Virus record (IMG/VR): IMGVR_UViG_3300037424_001259
Location: 1 to 56,843 of that record
Length of the DNA: 56,843 nucleotides
Source of the DNA: a virus
Taxonomy: Duplodnaviria > Caudoviricetes
Strand: one strand, 5' to 3'
A program made the translations under genes and the position numbers. Under the pieces are notes generated by a model. That model saw only the letters and a program-made list of their open reading frames with translations, was not told where the DNA came from and did not search any database. Shown piece after piece: positions 52,527-56,843 of the stretch; position 1 is the first letter of the stretch, and each line of letters begins with the position of its first letter.

Positions 52527-53666
52527 CTACTTCTTGGCGGTTGCTTTGTTCAATTCATTCCAGCTTGCCAAGAGAGACTTCAGCGCCGGCAGCCCCTTCG
52601 CCTGCGCTGTGTCGATCTTGGCGTCCATGGCGGCGGCTTGGTATCCGAGTTCGGCGCCGACGTTGTAGAGGGCGTCGATGATGGCTTGCTCTTCGTCGGT
52701 AACGGTGGTGGCGGCAGAAGCCTCGGAAGGGGCCTCAGCGGTCTTCTCGGCGGGGGCGGACTTGCCCTTGATCTTGTCGCTTATCCTTTTGCCCTGGTCC
52801 TTGCCGACATCAGACCCGTCTCCCTCGGCCTCCTTGCCCTTGATCTCGTCCATGATCGCTTTCCAGGTGGTCTCACCGTCGGCGATGGCGCGGTGCAGGG
52901 CTCGGAGCGTGTCGAGTTCGGCTGGCACGAGCTGGGCGACCGGATGCCCAAGGTAGGCCGCGAGGTCGACCGACCGCACTCCGATCGCCGCGAAGGCGTC
53001 GATGACACGCTTGCGGGCAGCCTGGGGATCCTCGGCGTCCTTCTTCGCCAGGGTCTCGCGGGCAACCTCGAGCGCCTCGTCGGTGATGTCGGCGGGGATC
53101 AGGCGCAGTCCCTCGTTGCGGACGACCTTGGAGACGGCCTTCGATTCCTCGTTCTGCATCTCGTCGTCGGTGGCGCGGACGATGTAGACCGTCTCGTTGT
53201 AGGAGTTCTGCCTCGAGGAGATCACGTCGCGGTCCTTGGCGTTCTTGCGTTCGACGGTCTTCTTGACCTGGATGTCGCGGCTGAATGTGGAGTTCGTCTG
53301 CAGGTCGATGCACCGGACGTTCACCCGGCGGATGTCCCTGTCCTCGTAGACCACGGAGGTCTCAACCATCAGATTCCCCCACTCCCGGACTGCCAGTTCG
53401 GCGAACCGGATGGACGGACCCTTGATGGCCTTGCCGCCAGTGGGCTTGGCGTACTCCACCCGGGCAGCGAACATCGGGCGCCGGCACGCCTCGAGGATGC
53501 GCAACCGGGCCTCGTCGATGTCCCGGGGCTTTCGCAGGGCAACGGAGTAGGCCGACTCGATGCGGGCGCGGGATGCTTCCGCCGCGGCGATCGCGGATGG
53601 GTCGGAGATAGCGAGCGCGGTTCCGGGGTTCTGCTGGACTTTGGCCACTGCGGTGTTCTCTGCCAT
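52527..53666 (-). CDS. Putative ssDNA-annealing recombinase (partner of YqaJ)
   Basis: A...PRD...A, Y.KP.GG..I.GPSIRFAE...R.WGN and DLQTN motifs; adjacent to the exonuclease. Confidence 0.65.
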   Translation of the reverse strand: MAENTAVAKVQQNPGTALAISDPSAIAAAEASRARIESAYSVALRKPRDIDEARLRILEACRRPMFAARVEYAKPTGGKAIKGPSIRFAELAVREWGNLMVETSVVYEDRDIRRVNVRCIDLQTNSTFSRDIQVKKTVERKNAKDRDVISSRQNSYNETVYIVRATDDEMQNEESKAVSKVVRNEGLRLIPADITDEALEVARETLAKKDAEDPQAARKRVIDAFAAIGVRSVDLAAYLGHPVAQLVPAELDTLRALHRAIADGETTWKAIMDEIKGKEAEGDGSDVGKDQGKRISDKIKGKSAPAEKTAEAPSEASAATTVTDEEQAIIDALYNVGAELGYQAAAMDAKIDTAQAKGLPALKSLLASWNELNKATAKK

Positions 53667-53667
53667 G

Positions 53668-54654
53668 TTATTTCTCCTTGGGTTTGTAGAATTTGCGAAT
53701 CCCGTCGACCTTCTTCGTGTGCTTGGCAACGATCGCTTCGTAGTCAACCTTGGAAATCATGCCAGAGATGTGCTTGGCGATCGCCTCGTAGTCAACCTTT
53801 TCCCCGTCCTTGGTGCGCGACCATTTCGCCCTCGAGCCGTCCCCGAACACGATCCCTTCGTCGCCGGCGATGATCTCCTCCAGTTGGTTGATCGCAAGGT
53901 TTTGCTGGACCTTTGCGACATCCAGCATCTCGCCGGCCCGGAGGAGTTCCTGTTTGATCTGCTCGGCCTCGTCTGTCGCCGGCAGGAGCTGCTTCGTATT
54001 CCTGGGGAACTGGCGGGCCAGCCACGCTGCGGCTTCTTCGCTGGCGTCCACCGGCGGCGCCTTGTCGGTCATGACGTAGTCCATCCAGAAGCGCTCTGCC
54101 TCTTCGCGGAGTTGCGCCTCGAGGTCCAGGTTGCGGCCGCGGACGATGGGATAGACGCGGAAGTTCGGGCCAGGGAGAAGCACGGCGATGTCGGCAACGT
54201 CCTGCTGAAGTACCATGCCCTGCCAGATGACTTGAATGAAGTACATATCGGGCACGGCATTCTCCGTTCCGATCTCGCCCCACTTCAGCGACGACGAACG
54301 GCCAAGGATCGCCTTCGCTTCGACCACCCTCTTGTCCTCTTTTCCGACGCCGTCCGGAGTCGCCGCGGCCAAGCGGAATTCAGGACTGATGATGATCTCG
54401 GTATCCCCGCAGTGCCGGACCGGGACATTCTCCTCGATCTCGTACCGGTTAAGAACGGTCGACTGCAGGTTCCGGCCAAGCCACATGGCGAGATTGTCCT
54501 CGAGCGGCTCGGCTCTCCCGGTCTTCTCGAGCCACACCCCGAGCTTCGACTTCCACGGGTTCATGCCGACGATCGCGCCGATGTCGGTCGCGGTGACGTG
54601 CGACTGCCTCAATTTTAGCCATTTTTCTCGAGATAACACCTCGACTTCACTCAT
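53668..54654 (-). CDS. YqaJ-like viral recombinase exonuclease
   Basis: WLKLR...TATD...I.G.NPW.S, ATPDG, VEAK and VPDMY.IQV motifs. Confidence 0.9.
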   Translation of the reverse strand: MSEVEVLSREKWLKLRQSHVTATDIGAIVGMNPWKSKLGVWLEKTGRAEPLEDNLAMWLGRNLQSTVLNRYEIEENVPVRHCGDTEIIISPEFRLAAATPDGVGKEDKRVVEAKAILGRSSSLKWGEIGTENAVPDMYFIQVIWQGMVLQQDVADIAVLLPGPNFRVYPIVRGRNLDLEAQLREEAERFWMDYVMTDKAPPVDASEEAAAWLARQFPRNTKQLLPATDEAEQIKQELLRAGEMLDVAKVQQNLAINQLEEIIAGDEGIVFGDGSRAKWSRTKDGEKVDYEAIAKHISGMISKVDYEAIVAKHTKKVDGIRKFYKPKEK

Positions 54655-54863
54655 CTCTGCGCCCTCCGCACCACAACAAGCGCCGCCGCCAAATCCAACG
54701 ACGCCCTCTTCACGGCGCCCATCTCACGGGTTTTGTAGAACGCCCCGATGGTTTGCTTCCCGTCCCGCGCAAGAGCCCTGTCTGCGGCCAGCATGAACCG
54801 CGCACACTCAACCGTTGCGTTATGGACGGCCTCGCGTTGGGCGGCGGACATGATTCCTTTCAC
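54651..54863 (-). CDS. Hypothetical protein
   Basis: GAVKRASLDL motif; coupled. Confidence 0.6.
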   Translation of the reverse strand: MKGIMSAAQREAVHNATVECARFMLAADRALARDGKQTIGAFYKTREMGAVKRASLDLAAALVVVRRAQR

Positions 54864-55132
54864 GCCCCCTCCTCCTCCGCCGCCGCGCCCTCACCAAACA
54901 GCGCCGGCTGCGCCGTGTTCACGTCGACATCCCCATCGCCGTCCACTGGAGACACCCGCTGGCTGACGAGCAAAGACGCCTTGAACCCGAGTTCGCAGGC
55001 GGCAAGGCACAGCCGGTGCGCGTCACGAATACTCGCCGCGGGCTTCGCGATCTCTTCCTCTTGTCCTTCCGGAACGTAGGTCACAAAGTAGCTTCTCTCC
55101 CCGTTTTTCCACGCTTGCCGCTTCCCCTTCAT
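54860..55132 (-). CDS. Hypothetical protein
   Basis: GGAGG SD before ATG 55132. Confidence 0.55.
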   Translation of the reverse strand: MKGKRQAWKNGERSYFVTYVPEGQEEEIAKPAASIRDAHRLCLAACELGFKASLLVSQRVSPVDGDGDVDVNTAQPALFGEGAAAEEEGA

Positions 55133-55314
55133 TTCGCTTCCCTCCCTGTGAGTTTCTTGAAATCCCAGTTCATCCCGGTCCCATCGCACATATTGAAGTG
55201 CCCGTTTGTCGCCCCTGTCGTCAGGTCCATCGGTTTGGCGTCCATCGCCCGCTCCCGCCGCGCCCACCAGAGCAGCAGCGCGACGATTCCTAGGGCGGCG
55301 AGGGCGGCGATCAT
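55129..55314 (-). CDS. Small membrane protein
   Basis: MIAALAALGIVALLLWW N-terminal TM helix. Confidence 0.5.
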   Translation of the reverse strand: MIAALAALGIVALLLWWARRERAMDAKPMDLTTGATNGHFNMCDGTGMNWDFKKLTGREAK

Positions 55315-55487
55315 GGGCGGGACTCCTCGTCGCGGATCAGCGCATCGATTTCCGCGATAACTTCTTTGCGCCACAGCAGGCCCGCTCCGGGGTCAAACAC
55401 TCCCACCATCTCCCGCGTGCGGCTGCGAAGCCAGAGACTCGACGGTGTGCGCTGACTTGTGATGGACCCAGATTTCATTCGGCGCGG

Positions 55488-56180
55488 TCACGACTTGCCT
55501 TCCTCCAGCGCAGCGTCTACGGCGGCGAGGACTTCTCTGGCGTACTTGACGCACGCCTCCGTGTTAGGCCACGACTCCCCGGCGGGGAGGTTAATCAGCG
55601 CCGCCGTCATCTCCAGCAACTCCCGCCGCCGCTCGGCTCGGGTGGGGACGGCGCACTTGGTGTTCTCGGCGCGGAGAGCATCGTTCTCCTGCTTGTACTC
55701 ATTCATGGCGTTGTAGCGCGACACTATTTCTGCGTTCAGCCGCTCGATCTCCTCGCCACGTCGATCAAACTCGGCGCACGCGCACGGTCCCGAAGTCAGC
55801 GGCAACTCGGGGGCGACCGGGTCGGGAGGGATGCCGGCGATGATGTCACGAACGGCAGATCGCAACTCTGCCTCGTCCCACTTGGCCCTTTCGCTGTCGA
55901 ACCATTTCGTCCATGCCTTTGCCAACTCGCGGCACCGGCAAGCGGGCGCGACGGGGGGCTGCTTGACGGGCTTGACGATGTCGAGCGCCTTCTTCGCACT
56001 GAGCACGTTGCTCATGGTGACGCCGAAGTGCAACTCCTCCGCCGCCTTGACCGCGATTCTCTGCGCGGTGGTTACGGAAGCCCACGCGCGGGACTCGTCG
56101 ATCCAGGCGTACAGGCGTGTAATCTGCGTTGCCGTGAGGTTGTTCGACTGCCGGGAGCCTTCGCCCTTCTTGTGGCTCAT
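55488..56180 (-). CDS. Hypothetical protein
   Basis: ATG 56180 coupled to the upstream stop. Confidence 0.6.
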   Translation of the reverse strand: MSHKKGEGSRQSNNLTATQITRLYAWIDESRAWASVTTAQRIAVKAAEELHFGVTMSNVLSAKKALDIVKPVKQPPVAPACRCRELAKAWTKWFDSERAKWDEAELRSAVRDIIAGIPPDPVAPELPLTSGPCACAEFDRRGEEIERLNAEIVSRYNAMNEYKQENDALRAENTKCAVPTRAERRRELLEMTAALINLPAGESWPNTEACVKYAREVLAAVDAALEEGKS

Positions 56181-56371
56181 TTCGTCACCATGTAAAGCAG
56201 GCCGACGACGATGAAGATCAGAGTGACGAATGCAAACCCGATCAGTACTGGCGACCACACCCACCACCACGACCAGTCGATTTTTCCGAGGAGCTTCAGG
56301 GTGATGAAAACGATGGTTAAAAGTCCGGCGAACCCGATGCCGCCGCTACTGCTGGAACTGGTTCCGCTCAT
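56177..56371 (-). CDS. Conserved two-TM phage membrane protein
   Basis: GIGF.GLLTIVFI.LKL.G.I.WSWWWV.SP motif. Confidence 0.8.
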   Translation of the reverse strand: MSGTSSSSSGGIGFAGLLTIVFITLKLLGKIDWSWWWVWSPVLIGFAFVTLIFIVVGLLYMVTK

Positions 56372-56575
56372 TCCTTTCCTTCCTCCCTTGCCGGTGCTAT
56401 CGTCCGACTGTTACGGTTTGCGCTTTGGGCTCGTCGGGATTGCAGTCCTGGCGAGCCCGCCTTCATTTTCAATCCTTCGGGTTCCCTCGTGCGGATCACC
56501 CCGATCCGTGCGAGGTTTATAAAATCTCCGACCCCGCCGCTGGTCCCCGCGTGGCGGTTGGCACCTTCATCTTCC

Positions 56576-56843
56576 CTATCTCCCCGCCAGGATTTTGTCG
56601 GCCCTTATCAGTCCAGCGTCGGCCTTCGCCTTGTCCCGTCGCTTGTTTAACTCGGCAAGTTCAATCACCCAGATCCGTCGAAGCTCCTCCTTGATCTGCT
56701 TATTTTCCAAGATGATCTTCAAGATCGCCTTCTCCTGGCTCTTGATTCCTTGCGTCGACTTGTACGCCTTCAAGGCATTGGCGAGACGGCACGCGTGATC
56801 ATTTGGCAGCACCACGTGAACGTCAACGGTTTCCTTTTCTTTC
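56576..56843 (-). CDS. Hypothetical protein, start probably beyond the window
   Basis: Frame is open to the window edge. Confidence 0.5.
   Translation of the reverse strand, partial: KEKETVDVHVVLPNDHACRLANALKAYKSTQGIKSQEKAILKIILENKQIKEELRRIWVIELAELNKRRDKAKADAGLIRADKILAGR

Noticed and set aside
53730-53800. KVDYEAI duplication at the YqaJ C-terminus
   Set aside because: A short in-frame tandem duplication with no further structure.
52479-56195. Long + strand ORFs opposite the recombination genes
   Set aside because: They are antisense shadows of YqaJ, the annealing protein and their neighbours.
1-56843. tRNA or rRNA genes, or alternative genetic code
   Set aside because: No cloverleaf with T/D-loop consensus was noticed, and core genes are intact under the standard code.

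Overview
The window is most of a GC-rich, ~57 kb tailed dsDNA phage genome with a podovirus-like layout. Both ends cut genes, so the immunity/cro junction is probably just outside it. The + strand carries a replication initiator with an internal iteron origin, a C5 DNA methyltransferase split over two overlapping frames, small accessory genes, terminase, a mobile-element-derived insert, portal, scaffold, major capsid, tail and ejection proteins (including a 1.9 kaa polyvalent protein) and lysis genes. The - strand (46.5-56.8 kb) is an early/recombination arm with HNH nucleases, a YqaJ exonuclease and a probable annealing protein. The main discovery is an integron-type gene-cassette array at 47473-51313. 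It has seven 53-59 bp attC sites whose core sites pair cassette by cassette. All cargo ORFs are inverted relative to attC, no integron integrase is present, and an empty insertion site can be reconstructed. Other highlights are a tetraheme cytochrome c gene coupled into the virion-structural operon, an overprinted gene inside the giant ejection protein, the M.EcoHK31I-style dual-frame methyltransferase, a RyR-domain protein and a DUF5678/aspartyl-protease pair. Family assignments come from motif recognition by eye; no database searches were run.
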